From the IMG/VR virus record IMGVR_UViG_3300045988_034366: a stretch of 64,000 bases of DNA. One strand, written 5' to 3'. The stretch comes from a virus. Both the position numbers and the translations under genes were made by a program. Positions 1 to 9,440 of the stretch are shown piece after piece. The notes beneath the pieces were generated by a model, which worked only from the letters and a program-made list of their open reading frames with translations, was not told where the DNA came from and did no database searches. Positions within the stretch are counted from its first letter, which is position 1; the number at the start of each line of letters is the position of its first letter.

Positions 1-712
1 TAGCTGTATAAGGAATGCTGCCATGCTTAAATAGGAGAATAACAGGTGCTGGAGTTGATGTCGTTGTACTTGATGTCGTTGTACTTGATGTCGTTGTACT
101 TGATGTCGTTGTACTTGTAGTTGTAGTACTTACTTCTTCATACCTAAGCTCTATGGTGTTAGTACCTGTTGAAGGTATAGTATATTGTAAAATATTACTA
201 TAGCCAATTAAAGACCCTGCTACATAGAAGCCGCTGAAAGCATATCCAACTACAGCCTGGGCCATTATAGTAACTTTGCTACCTACTTCTACCTTTACTG
301 GAGTTCCTATCCCAACTAGTTCATTGTCTACATAGGCAGTACTAGCTACTGTAGAACTAAGTATCAGATAAGTAGGCTTAATAGGAGGTTGAGTAGTTGT
401 ACTTGTAGTAGTTGTTGTGGTTGGCACAATTACAGGCGGAGGAGTAGAACTCCCTCCATCACAACATACACATTCACAGCAAGGTCTATTAGTTGGTAAA
501 GATACTTCACAAGTGGAACCAAAGAATTGGTATAATAAATCTCGCATCAGCTTAATATCTTCGTTTGTTATATAATATCTTAGCTCAGTGTGAGTGATTT
601 CATAAATGAAGTCCATGACTAGCATCTTGAATACTACATCATAGCTTTTATAGCCTGTGTGAGCTAAGGTCTTGAAGTATCTTATCAAATTATCATACAT
701 TAACTCATCCAT
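1..712 (-). CDS. virion fibre/appendage-like protein, N-terminal ~237 codons (3' end lies beyond left window edge)
   Basis: Uninterrupted minus-strand frame from ATG 712-710 to position 1. It is missing from the ORF track only because no stop lies in the window. The start overlaps the stop of the upstream gene (ATGGATGA). Contains Thr/Ser/Pro linkers and a CCECVCCDGG cysteine cluster. Confidence 0.6.
   Translation of the reverse strand, partial: MDELMYDNLIRYFKTLAHTGYKSYDVVFKMLVMDFIYEITHTELRYYITNEDIKLMRDLLYQFFGSTCEVSLPTNRPCCECVCCDGGSSTPPPVIVPTTTTTTSTTTQPPIKPTYLILSSTVASTAYVDNELVGIGTPVKVEVGSKVTIMAQAVVGYAFSGFYVAGSLIGYSNILQYTIPSTGTNTIELRYEEVSTTTTSTTTSSTTTSSTTTSSTTTSTPAPVILLFKHGSIPYTA
55..129. repeat. 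15-bp tandem repeat (TTGATGTCGTTGTAC x4 perfect + 1 degenerate) inside the fibre-like CDS
   Basis: Read directly from the sequence. On the coding (minus) strand it encodes a reiterated S-T-T-T-S linker. Confidence 0.9.
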
Positions 713-1259
713 TGCATCCACATCCATTACTAGGTTTAGTACTAATGGAGTTAGTAAACTTCTTCCAATATGTTATGGCTAATGGGGAGTCCCTAGTTTT
801 AAGACAGATTTGGAATGCTTTATATCTTAGGATAAAGTCAATAAAGGCTCTTGGAATATCACACTTGTGATAGGTCTCACTAAGGTATTTCAAAGCCTTT
901 CTATAGATGGGGTAAGCGTCTACTCCAACTCCTAAAGTAATAGGAGAGTCTAAACCACAAGGCACATCACAAGAAGGAACTCCTTTTGTAATCACATACA
1001 CAAAGAACATATTACCCTCCATAGTAGGTACTAATAAATCTGTGGCCTTGATAGTCATTTGCACCCTCTTCTGGTTGCCAGAAATAGTGTAAGAGTACAC
1101 TGGATATTTACTTACTCCATCTTTGTTAAAGGTATCTTGTGTATCTACTACTATCTTATCTATATAGACATTCTTAAAGTATGGCATATCCAATACAGAA
1201 CAATCTATATAGATTCCCTTATTACAAGGGATAACAAATAATTTATTAAATTCTACCAT
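705..1259 (-). CDS. hypothetical virion-module protein
   Basis: 184-aa ORF in the co-oriented late block. Its stop overlaps the next start. No recognisable motif. Confidence 0.6.
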   Translation of the reverse strand: MVEFNKLFVIPCNKGIYIDCSVLDMPYFKNVYIDKIVVDTQDTFNKDGVSKYPVYSYTISGNQKRVQMTIKATDLLVPTMEGNMFFVYVITKGVPSCDVPCGLDSPITLGVGVDAYPIYRKALKYLSETYHKCDIPRAFIDFILRYKAFQICLKTRDSPLAITYWKKFTNSISTKPSNGCGCNG

Positions 1260-1320
1260 ATCAAGTTCTTTGATTAAAAGAAATAGGTTATAAAACCCTC
1301 ACCCCTTTTATGTCTCTAAG

Positions 1321-2301
1321 TTAGAGAGTTGCAATACTGAGACCTGTAGCAGTGTTGAAGGCTGCAATTACCTTATTAAGTTCTGCCTTATTAGCACATA
1401 CAATTGTAATAGTCTTTTCAGACTTTTGTACTGATTCATTGCTGCCAACATAAGCATAATGAATATCAAATACACAGTATGCCTTAGCTGGGTCTACAAG
1501 ATAAGTAGTAGGTATGTTGTGAGGCCATCCTACTTGTCTGTACATATCTCCTCTCTCACCCATACAGAAGTATTCAAGGTCTGCAATAGTCTTACCATTG
1601 CCAATAGAACCACTTGTACTTTCTGTTAGAGTAGCCCAATATCTTTCATCACCATTTACAGTAACAGGTACTGATTGTACTGTGAAGTAAACAGGGGTTT
1701 GAGCCATAACTCCAAGTCTCCAAGGTTGCTCAACTTCAGTAATAACTACTCCAGTGTAAGTACCTGTGAGGTCTGCTACCTTAGTTGTAGGAGTTACCTC
1801 TGTAGTTGCAGATGCAGTCTTAATCTCAATCTTGATAAGAGGAACTACTTCTCTGCTGAAGTTCTTAGCCAGAGAGACTGCAAGAACCTTATAGAACTCA
1901 CTTGCATCCATGCCAGCATAAGCATGTACCATACCATACTTGAAGTACTGGTCTTCATCTGACATACCTACATATTGCTTGAATGCAATTCTTAGGATGT
2001 AATCCTGTCCTGCAACAGGAGCACCACCATTGACATTTGAATCAAGAGCTATAGTTACTGACTTAAGGTCATGTGCCATAGCAGTTGCATCAGTAGCCTT
2101 TGCATAAAGGATATTCTTTGTGTCAATTAGGTCACTTCTCATTAAGTTATCAGCACCCTTGTACTCAAAATACAGATGGCTCTTGGCAGTATCATTCTTT
2201 ACTGCAATAGAACCAGCAGCATCTGAAGCAAGCACATGAGGAGTCTTGAATGCTGTTGCTACATAAAGTTGTCTTACTTGATTTACACTAAATGTCGCCA
2301 T
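1321..2301 (-). CDS. virion structural protein candidate (function unknown)
   Basis: 326-aa ORF with balanced, globular composition. Lies in the structural block downstream of the MCP-size gene. Confidence 0.65.
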   Translation of the reverse strand: MATFSVNQVRQLYVATAFKTPHVLASDAAGSIAVKNDTAKSHLYFEYKGADNLMRSDLIDTKNILYAKATDATAMAHDLKSVTIALDSNVNGGAPVAGQDYILRIAFKQYVGMSDEDQYFKYGMVHAYAGMDASEFYKVLAVSLAKNFSREVVPLIKIEIKTASATTEVTPTTKVADLTGTYTGVVITEVEQPWRLGVMAQTPVYFTVQSVPVTVNGDERYWATLTESTSGSIGNGKTIADLEYFCMGERGDMYRQVGWPHNIPTTYLVDPAKAYCVFDIHYAYVGSNESVQKSEKTITIVCANKAELNKVIAAFNTATGLSIATL

Positions 2302-2332
2302 TTTAATTTGAAATTAAATTATACAATAGATT

Positions 2333-3028
2333 TTATTTTCCTGCACTTGGAACCCTACTTATGATGGCAAGCCTAACTGCTCTCTCAAGTATTGCTCTAT
2401 GTATTACAGGGTTCAGTCCACATTCTGTTTTTTTATTGATACCGTTGATTGACAAATCATTTGGTAAGTCATTCAGTATAATTGGGTTTGGTCTTGAAAG
2501 GTATCTGACAAGATAACTAGCCACATTATACTTTGAAACTATTTCAACTGCCTCTTCATTAAGGTCAAGCCTTAAGGCTCTCCTCTCATTAGAACCCCTA
2601 AATGGATTTTTCCTTATCCTATGGTATTCATCCTGTGTAACAGGAGTTACACAAACATCTTCTCCACTCTTGCATCCTAATCCATCATCTTTCAAATCAA
2701 CTGCCTCATAGGTTATAAACCATAAGTCTTTGGGCAGCTTAAAGAATACTGAGTGCTTAGATAGTCCCTTATATGTAGTTTCCTTAATAGGGGTAGTGTA
2801 AGTTTTAATTAGGCCACTCAAGTATCTTCTGACTTCCTCAGTCTTTTCAAATGAGTCTCCAAATGTATTCTTACCATTGTACATATCTATTACCACATCT
2901 TCTTGTGCTTTGGTGAGAAAAACTGACTTCTCATATTCATCCAGCTCAATGGTATTAGGGGTTTTCTTTGTATTAGAGTAGCTGTTCAGTAAGGCATCAA
3001 ACTCATTGGAAAATTCTTCAGTAGTCAT
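2333..3028 (-). CDS. structural-module protein, paralog B of a tandem pair
   Basis: 231 aa. The N-terminus (EEFSNEFDALLNSY...LDEYEKSVFLTKAQ) matches the upstream 243-aa protein. Start and stop abut at 3028. Confidence 0.65.
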   Translation of the reverse strand: MTTEEFSNEFDALLNSYSNTKKTPNTIELDEYEKSVFLTKAQEDVVIDMYNGKNTFGDSFEKTEEVRRYLSGLIKTYTTPIKETTYKGLSKHSVFFKLPKDLWFITYEAVDLKDDGLGCKSGEDVCVTPVTQDEYHRIRKNPFRGSNERRALRLDLNEEAVEIVSKYNVASYLVRYLSRPNPIILNDLPNDLSINGINKKTECGLNPVIHRAILERAVRLAIISRVPSAGK

Positions 3029-3759
3029 TATTCACTCCTTTGTCCTAATTCAACATCACTTTTTAGGTCTCCTGCATAAGCAGCTCTAGCTAGCTCTACT
3101 GCCCTCTGTAGTATCTCAGGATGTGTCTCAGAGTCTAGCTCACAGCCCATTGCTTTTGTTTCCTTATTGATTGACAAGTCAGTTCCATCAAGATTTTCAA
3201 GTATAATAGGCTTAGGGTGCTTGACATATCTTATGTGATAGCCATTAGGGCTAACACTATTAAGATGTCCTACAATCAAGTTAATGTCATCTTCCCCATT
3301 GATTATTCTCCATGCCTGATTCTTCAAAGGTTGTTTGTAGGGCTTAGATGATACTCTAAGATATTCATCATACTTTATAGGTATGACCTGTAATCTGTAT
3401 TTCCTATCATCATCTTTCTTTGTGACATCCACAACCTCATTTACTACTACAAAAACATCATCAGGCCAAGTAATCTTATATGCACCAGTTACATTTCCAA
3501 AGAATGATGTAGGAGCAGGGGCAGTACCAGAAGAGGCATAAGTCTTCATAAGTTTAGAGAAGTCCACTTGCCTCTTCTGAGAACCATCAAAGCCCTCCTG
3601 ATACTTATTACCTTTAGGATTAAAGTAGTTCTTAATAATCTCACTCTGAGCCTTAGTTAAGAAGACTGATTTCTCATATTCATCTAAGCCTGGAGCTTGG
3701 TTAGACATTACATTGTTGTATAGAACATCAAACTCATTTGAAAATTCTGGTATAGTCAT
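3028..3759 (-). CDS. structural-module protein, paralog A of a tandem pair
   Basis: 243 aa. Shares the IPEFSNEFDVLYNN...LDEYEKSVFLTKAQ N-terminal block and the C-terminal LSIN...E.LQRAVELA pattern with the next gene. Confidence 0.65.
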   Translation of the reverse strand: MTIPEFSNEFDVLYNNVMSNQAPGLDEYEKSVFLTKAQSEIIKNYFNPKGNKYQEGFDGSQKRQVDFSKLMKTYASSGTAPAPTSFFGNVTGAYKITWPDDVFVVVNEVVDVTKKDDDRKYRLQVIPIKYDEYLRVSSKPYKQPLKNQAWRIINGEDDINLIVGHLNSVSPNGYHIRYVKHPKPIILENLDGTDLSINKETKAMGCELDSETHPEILQRAVELARAAYAGDLKSDVELGQRSE

Positions 3760-3760
3760 A

Positions 3761-4786
3761 TTACTTTAATTTAGCTTCCAATGCAAACTTTACTTCTTGA
3801 TGCTTAGGAGAGTTCAAGTACTTAGCTGCTATATTGAGAGTAGGCTCTTCATTTGCCTCACACAGAGGAGAATTGTCAGCTCTCAAATACAGGTAATTGC
3901 CTCTATTAGAAATTAAGCCAGCTTCTATAGCCTTCTTAATAAGAACCTTTGTAGGAAGCATTGGGTCAGTAATTACTCTTAAGAATATCTTACTGTCATG
4001 CTGTATAAGTTCATTAACCTTAGTCTGCAAGAACTCTAACTTAGCAGTCTTAGATGTAGGTCTGCCATCAATTGTTTCTACAATAACCCTCAGAGTGTCA
4101 AAATCATCCTCGATTTTTCCAAACTCCTTGTAGCATCTCATTGTAGCACTCATATTACTCTTGGCAGTCTTAGTTTCCTCTCCTTCTGAGATAATAACAA
4201 ACTGGTAAGTAGCTTTTGGGGTATCTTGCAGTGCCTGCAATGAAGGAGCAATAAAATCCTTATTAGCCAGCAATATCTTATATCTAATGTAGTCTTCTGG
4301 GTCAGATAGATTGAGGTAGTTATCCTGCTTAGTCAATCTAACCTTACTGATTCCCTTCTCATTACTATCATCCCAAAAGTTATCTACCTTCTTGTAGATG
4401 CTTAAAGCATTATACTCTAGTCCCATAATCTCTTCAAGGAATGCCTTTTCCTTATCTGTAAGGACATTGACAAACATACCTGAAGATAGTCTAGGAACTA
4501 CAAAGGTTCTGCTAGCTCCCTCTGCCATACCTCCTGCAAGGATATGCTTAGGGTTATTACCCCACATACCTGTCAGTTTAGGCACATGCCTTACAATAAT
4601 CTTCTCATTCCTCAAACAGCTGACTACTTGGTCTGAGGGTTCTTCAATTTTTCTAGACCTCTTAGGTCTTTCAGGGGCAACTTCATTGCCCTTTACTTCT
4701 TGTAAAGGGGTTTCCATATCAGCACTATCTAAGTCAAAATCAGGTGCTGTATAGTCTACCTTCTCTTCCATCTTTTCTTTTGCCAT
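3761..4786 (-). CDS. hypothetical virion-module protein
   Basis: 341-aa ORF immediately downstream of the MCP-size gene. Acidic N-terminus. Confidence 0.6.
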   Translation of the reverse strand: MAKEKMEEKVDYTAPDFDLDSADMETPLQEVKGNEVAPERPKRSRKIEEPSDQVVSCLRNEKIIVRHVPKLTGMWGNNPKHILAGGMAEGASRTFVVPRLSSGMFVNVLTDKEKAFLEEIMGLEYNALSIYKKVDNFWDDSNEKGISKVRLTKQDNYLNLSDPEDYIRYKILLANKDFIAPSLQALQDTPKATYQFVIISEGEETKTAKSNMSATMRCYKEFGKIEDDFDTLRVIVETIDGRPTSKTAKLEFLQTKVNELIQHDSKIFLRVITDPMLPTKVLIKKAIEAGLISNRGNYLYLRADNSPLCEANEEPTLNIAAKYLNSPKHQEVKFALEAKLK

Positions 4787-4802
4787 AACTTCTCCGTAGT
4801 TT

Positions 4803-4846
4803 ATAAAAATAAAGGGGAGAAGGAGAGTAACCCCCTCTCCTCCTTT
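4803..4846 (-). terminator. putative intrinsic terminator after the MCP-size gene
   Basis: On the minus-strand RNA a purine-rich arm pairs with a pyrimidine-rich arm (many G-U pairs) and is followed by UUUAUUUUU. Confidence 0.4.
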
Positions 4847-4856
4847 GGAATTATGA

Positions 4857-6368
4857 TTAGCCCTGTAGAACAGCAGGGATTAGTGACATAGTTCTTGTTG
4901 GGTCAAGAACACAGATACCAAGAGTAGCCATTCTGTGGATTACAGCAGAATCCTCATCAAATGACATATAAGGATTACCCTTTTGACCTGTGAATGGATT
5001 TCTCAATCCCCACTGATAACCTCTGTATTCATTATCACCCTTAATCTTACACTTAAAGATATTAGGTTGGTCCATAGTACCAATGTACATAATATCATAT
5101 CTGTAAGAGAAGGCAACACCTCCATTTGGATGGAGAATCTTGTTTCTTACGGGGTCATCATAGAATGGGTCTACATCAATCTTAACCCTTACTCCATTAG
5201 GAGCTTTGTATTCTACAAATTGGAAACCAGCACTTAATGAGTTCTGATGAAGCTGTGATTGAGTCTTCTGTACAACTCCAATAGAGTTGTTATCAAGAAC
5301 AAACTGAGTCCAACCTGATACAGTCTTAAGTACTTCCTTGTGGAATTGGATAGCACCTCTTTCACCAGTCTTAATGAGGAAGTATCTATCACCAAAGTCC
5401 AACTTAGCAGCACTTAGCTCATATAGAGCATCTTCAAGAAGCTTCAAACTAAATGTGTTGTAATACATAGTATTAGCAACTTCCATTTGCTCAAATAAGC
5501 CAGCACCTGTCTTAATAGCATTACCTGACTTACCAAAGTTCATGTACTCACCATTCTGATTTTTGTTGCTTCTACCAAAAGCAAGGGCATTGTTCTTGTA
5601 TTCAGAGAACTGCTGTTCTACTTCCCAGTCTACATTGTGCATCCACATTGTAGCAACTGACTTAGTGTATCTACCCTCTGTTTCCTTAGTGATAGGAATA
5701 CCAACAGCCAGCTTCTTATTCAGCATAGAACCTTCAACCTTGTGTTGGATTCTGACTACAGACCACTCATTTCTCATAGAAACAGGGCTTATAAATCTTA
5801 CATCACCAACCTTTCTTGAAAGCTCCTTCTCAACAAATGCAGCCTCAACTGAGAATCTCTCACCTGCAAGTAATCTTTCAGCAGGAACACCTGCTGTGTT
5901 ACCTCCAGCAAGCTCTACCTTGTAAACTGCATTAGTACCCTCCATTCTTGGGTCTCCGAGGATTCTGAATTGATAGACTTCATTCAGACTACCTACAATG
6001 TACTCACCATCAGCAAACCAGTCCTCAGGAAATACTAAGTAGAAAGGTGCAGTACCTACACCCACCATTCCTGAATCATTAGTTATAGGTGTACCATTTT
6101 CATCTCTTGCCTCTAAAAGAGGAATGTTTCTTCTTGAAGAACCAATAACATCCCAGTAGTACTCATTGTCATCCTCAAATTCTCTTGTTGGGAATTGGTT
6201 TAGGAATGTGTCAAGGGTCTTTCCTCTGTAGTAAGCTAACAGTTGCACCATTAGGTTTGTAGCCTTTTGTGGAGCTAACTGAAAGATAGAACCAAGGTGG
6301 TTTTCCTTAGTAAGTCCCTTCCAGTGCTGGAAGCCTACCATTTGAAACTTACCTAATTTTCCAGCCAT
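4857..6368 (-). CDS. major capsid protein candidate (HK97-fold, crAss-like)
   Basis: 503-aa ORF directly downstream of an acidic coiled-coil scaffold-like gene and followed by a terminator-like element. Size and position match crAss-like MCP. Called by synteny, not by search. Confidence 0.65.
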   Translation of the reverse strand: MAGKLGKFQMVGFQHWKGLTKENHLGSIFQLAPQKATNLMVQLLAYYRGKTLDTFLNQFPTREFEDDNEYYWDVIGSSRRNIPLLEARDENGTPITNDSGMVGVGTAPFYLVFPEDWFADGEYIVGSLNEVYQFRILGDPRMEGTNAVYKVELAGGNTAGVPAERLLAGERFSVEAAFVEKELSRKVGDVRFISPVSMRNEWSVVRIQHKVEGSMLNKKLAVGIPITKETEGRYTKSVATMWMHNVDWEVEQQFSEYKNNALAFGRSNKNQNGEYMNFGKSGNAIKTGAGLFEQMEVANTMYYNTFSLKLLEDALYELSAAKLDFGDRYFLIKTGERGAIQFHKEVLKTVSGWTQFVLDNNSIGVVQKTQSQLHQNSLSAGFQFVEYKAPNGVRVKIDVDPFYDDPVRNKILHPNGGVAFSYRYDIMYIGTMDQPNIFKCKIKGDNEYRGYQWGLRNPFTGQKGNPYMSFDEDSAVIHRMATLGICVLDPTRTMSLIPAVLQG

Positions 6369-6410
6369 AAATAATTTAATTTATCAGTTATTTAGTTTAC
6401 ATCTCTGGGC

Positions 6411-7577
6411 TTAGACATCTAACTTCCACCCCTTCCCAATAAAGGATTCAGGGTCCTCATCAACTCCACTTGCATATTTCAGACTACCATCTGAGGTTCT
6501 TGCAGTATTGTTAAGAGTATTTTCCAGCTCTCTAAGACCTTTCTTTACTTCTTTCTTTACTTTACCTTTCACTAAACCATCAAGATTCTTAAAGCCATCA
6601 GTTAGTGTAAAGATTAGACCTATATTCTTTAGGAAATCTACTCTGTTCTCCATTTCATACCTTTGAATAGCAGTGTAGTATCTCCCAGTTTCAGGGTCTT
6701 TATAAACAGGCTTTGATATATTATCATATATCCTTTGTCTAGTTGCCTTATCTACAGACAACTCTCCAAAGACTTCCTTATCATTAAGGATAGATGTCTT
6801 CAGTTTTTCAGCCTGCCCTTTCCTTTCCTTCTCTTCCTGTTCTGCTTCTGCTTTTGCCTCATTGACAAGTTCATCATACTTGTCTTTGAAGAAATCCATA
6901 TTGCTTTTCAAAGCCTCTTTAGCATCTTCAATATCGGTTCCAGCATTAAGGGATTTCTGCACTTCTCTTGCAGCTCTTTCCTTGCTATAACCTCTATTGA
7001 TAAAATCTTGATAGATTAGGTCTTTTCTAAGTTTTTCACCCTTATCACTTTCATCAGAGATAGACTCTTCCTCAATACTATCAAGGAAGTCGATTGTATT
7101 TTCATATTTCTTAATCTCTGTAGGCTCTACTCCAGCAGTCAAAGCTTCATCAATTCTCTTCTGTCTTTCATCAAGACCAGCTTTTATTTGCTGCTCAATT
7201 AAGTCTCTAAAGTCTTCAGGCTCTTTAATCTTAGAATAAGACTCATCATCAAGGTCAGGGAAGATACCCTCCTCCTTCAAGGCTTTAGCAATGGAAGAGT
7301 AGAAGTTTTTGGGAGAAGTACCATCACCTTTCGGAGTGGTATCTTCCTTTTCCTCTTTATTATCTTTTCCACCACCTACGCTCTCTGGTTCAGTAAATAA
7401 AGTATCTACATCAACCTCAGTAGTTTCATCTTTTTCTTTGCTATCATGGTTCTCTTCAGAACCATCTTCTCCACTCTCTTTACTAGGAGGTGGAGTTTCC
7501 TGTGCATCATCTTCTACAAACAGATTATCTATTTCCTCTGCTCCTAAGATGTTATCTAAGCTAAGTTCTTCTTCCAT
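6411..7577 (-). CDS. scaffolding-like protein (acidic, coiled-coil)
   Basis: 388 aa with a very acidic Glu/Asp/Lys-rich N-terminus and long heptad-like stretches. Sits directly upstream of the MCP-size gene and has its own promoter. Confidence 0.5.
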   Translation of the reverse strand: MEEELSLDNILGAEEIDNLFVEDDAQETPPPSKESGEDGSEENHDSKEKDETTEVDVDTLFTEPESVGGGKDNKEEKEDTTPKGDGTSPKNFYSSIAKALKEEGIFPDLDDESYSKIKEPEDFRDLIEQQIKAGLDERQKRIDEALTAGVEPTEIKKYENTIDFLDSIEEESISDESDKGEKLRKDLIYQDFINRGYSKERAAREVQKSLNAGTDIEDAKEALKSNMDFFKDKYDELVNEAKAEAEQEEKERKGQAEKLKTSILNDKEVFGELSVDKATRQRIYDNISKPVYKDPETGRYYTAIQRYEMENRVDFLKNIGLIFTLTDGFKNLDGLVKGKVKKEVKKGLRELENTLNNTARTSDGSLKYASGVDEDPESFIGKGWKLDV

Positions 7578-7607
7578 ATACTTCTCGTCTTAGTGTTATC
7601 TTAAACA

Positions 7608-7643
7608 GGTGCAAAGATAGATAAAATTTTATTTGCCTACAAT
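7608..7643 (-). promoter_or_regulatory. Bacteroidota-type promoter (-7 TATCTTTG, -33 ATTG, 20-nt spacer)
   Basis: The reverse complement of 7612-7619 is TATCTTTG. It lies about 30 nt upstream of the ATG at 7577. Confidence 0.6.
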
Positions 7644-7731
7644 ACAGTAAATAAATTACTTTGAATATACAAGTATAATATTTATATAATAGGCAAAAAG
7701 AAAGGGCAGGATGCTATCCTGCCCAATCAAA

Positions 7732-8202
7732 TCAGTGTTCCCTAAAATATTCTACTACCTTATTCTCAGACTTACTGTCAGCATCCTTAAACCAGAATAC
7801 TATGGCAGATTCAATCACTTTCTGCTCTATACCATCTGTAAACCAACTCCTAAACAATTCAGCATAATCATGGTATTGAGAGTTGATAGCTACATACACA
7901 TCAGTAGCTGTTACAGATGTTGGGAGTATTCCCCTATATCTTTCACAAACTTCCTTAGCCTTGTGCATATCAAACTTCTCTCCACTATATTTTCTGCCAT
8001 TCTCAGTGTGATACATTCTAGATACGAGATACTCTGCTTCAGATTCACTGAAGTGGTCTCCTCTAGACATAGAGTCTCTCATATATCTCATGACTCTATC
8101 CATATCATCACTTCTCATGTGGTCTCTAAACTTGTCTGAGAGTCTTTCATTTCTTGGGTCAAGCATATCCATGAACTCATCAGGGCTATTATGTCTTCTC
8201 AT
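7732..8202 (-). CDS. hypothetical protein
   Basis: 156-aa ORF between a promoter-like box (8255-8262) and the scaffold promoter. Confidence 0.6.
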   Translation of the reverse strand: MRRHNSPDEFMDMLDPRNERLSDKFRDHMRSDDMDRVMRYMRDSMSRGDHFSESEAEYLVSRMYHTENGRKYSGEKFDMHKAKEVCERYRGILPTSVTATDVYVAINSQYHDYAELFRSWFTDGIEQKVIESAIVFWFKDADSKSENKVVEYFREH

Positions 8203-8250
8203 ATAGAAGTAGTCTAGTTATACGGTTTTATCTCTTTGTAAACGTTTACA

Positions 8251-8290
8251 AGTGCAAAGATATACAACTAATTTCAGAATACCTATCATT
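8251..8290 (-). promoter_or_regulatory. Bacteroidota-type -7 box (TATCTTTG)
   Basis: The reverse complement of 8255-8262 is TATCTTTG, upstream of the ATG at 8202. The -33 element is not obvious. Confidence 0.45.
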
Positions 8291-8351
8291 ACTAATTAGC
8301 CCCATAACTCTATGAGTTACAGGGCTTTTATTTAGCATTATGTTGCTGATT

Positions 8352-8381
8352 CAAAAAAAAAGCAGCCCTACTTGGCTGCTT
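8352..8381 (-). terminator. intrinsic terminator
   Basis: Minus-strand RNA reads AGCAGCC-AAGUAG-GGCUGCU followed by U9. The hairpin overlaps the stop codon of the 8368..8709 gene. Confidence 0.75.
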
Positions 8382-8709
8382 TATCATGTTTATAGAAAAC
8401 ATCTGTTATCTTATTGTATATATAAGTAAGGAGATAGGCATCAACTTCATCATTATCCCTTTGTGGTTCATATCCTATATATCTCCATATAGCATTCTTG
8501 ACATGCTCTGACTCATGAGCAATACTGCTTCCCCTCTTGGCATTTACAGCTACAAGAGATGCACCATAATTATGTATAGTGATTGCATTTGCCTCTGTTT
8601 CCATTTCATCAGCAGGCAAAAACTTATCACATTCCTTCCACTTATCAAATATAACTATTGTCAGCTTATAGTTGAATATAGGGATTGTTATTTTCTTTTG
8701 GGTTATCAT
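8368..8709 (-). CDS. small zinc metallopeptidase-like protein (HExxH)
   Basis: 113 aa containing IAHESEHV, a HExxH motif. Its start overlaps the stop of the upstream HTH gene (ATGA). Confidence 0.5.
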   Translation of the reverse strand: MITQKKITIPIFNYKLTIVIFDKWKECDKFLPADEMETEANAITIHNYGASLVAVNAKRGSSIAHESEHVKNAIWRYIGYEPQRDNDEVDAYLLTYIYNKITDVFYKHDKAAK

Positions 8710-8933
8710 ACTTTCTCCTTTCTTATTTTATTCCTTCTTATGAACTCATCAAGAGTTTTCTTATCCCATGATAATTCTTTGAAACCTGCTTCGTGTTTAC
8801 CTCTGGGTAAGTAACCTTCCCTAACATAGTTGTCAAAGGTTGCTCTACTTACATTTAAGTATTCACAGGCAGCATACTTGCTTAATCTCTTCTCCTTATC
8901 AGTAAACCTCTTTAAGCTATCTACTATCTCCAT
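8706..8933 (-). CDS. helix-turn-helix DNA-binding protein (Xis/AlpA/MerR-like)
   Basis: 75 aa. LSKYAACEYLNVSRATFDNYVREGYLP fits a short HTH of the excisionase/AlpA type. Confidence 0.5.
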   Translation of the reverse strand: MEIVDSLKRFTDKEKRLSKYAACEYLNVSRATFDNYVREGYLPRGKHEAGFKELSWDKKTLDEFIRRNKIRKEKV

Positions 8934-8969
8934 AGCTAGGCTTTGCTCTACCTGTTCTTCTTGCCATAA

Positions 8970-9440
8970 TTATAAGATTTTAATTGTTATTTTTTCACCT
9001 TTATCATGCTTGTCTTTAAGGAGTTTGTATAGCTCCTTAAAAGTTTCTTTGCTGTTTATTACTTGACCTTTAACTTTATTAACACCTACTAATAAGCATC
9101 CTGCTGAATCTTTATCAGTATTACCAGCATGAATAAGTATGCCTTCAAAGCCTTTTACATTAAGTAGTCTAGGTAGTTTACTATTGCATACTTGCTTATA
9201 GAAGGGTTTAGTACAGAATCTAGGAGAAATAACATCTAATGTAACTTCATAAGTACCTCTTGGAATAGCAGTAATTGAAGGCTTTTTCAGCTTCCTAATC
9301 TCTGCTATTGACATAGAATCATCTAACCCTCTGTCTGTGTCTTCAAGTACATTGCAGAACCACTTGCCATCTATAGTAAGATTACTTATGGTGTAGCCCT
9401 GCTTCTTCCATTTTCTGTCCACTACTAATTTCATGCTCAT
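8970..9440 (-). CDS. YkuD-fold (L,D-transpeptidase-like) cell-wall enzyme, putative endolysin
   Basis: 156 aa. ILIHAGNTDKDSAGCLLVG matches the H-x(n)-S-x-G-C catalytic signature of the YkuD family. Lies downstream of two membrane-anchored coiled-coil proteins. Confidence 0.5.
   Translation of the reverse strand: MSMKLVVDRKWKKQGYTISNLTIDGKWFCNVLEDTDRGLDDSMSIAEIRKLKKPSITAIPRGTYEVTLDVISPRFCTKPFYKQVCNSKLPRLLNVKGFEGILIHAGNTDKDSAGCLLVGVNKVKGQVINSKETFKELYKLLKDKHDKGEKITIKIL

Noticed and set aside
4803-4846. Purine/pyrimidine mirror repeat after the MCP-size gene as an H-DNA or other special element
   Set aside because: It is explained more simply as a G-U-rich terminator hairpin followed by a U run on the minus-strand transcript. 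It is kept only as a low-confidence terminator.
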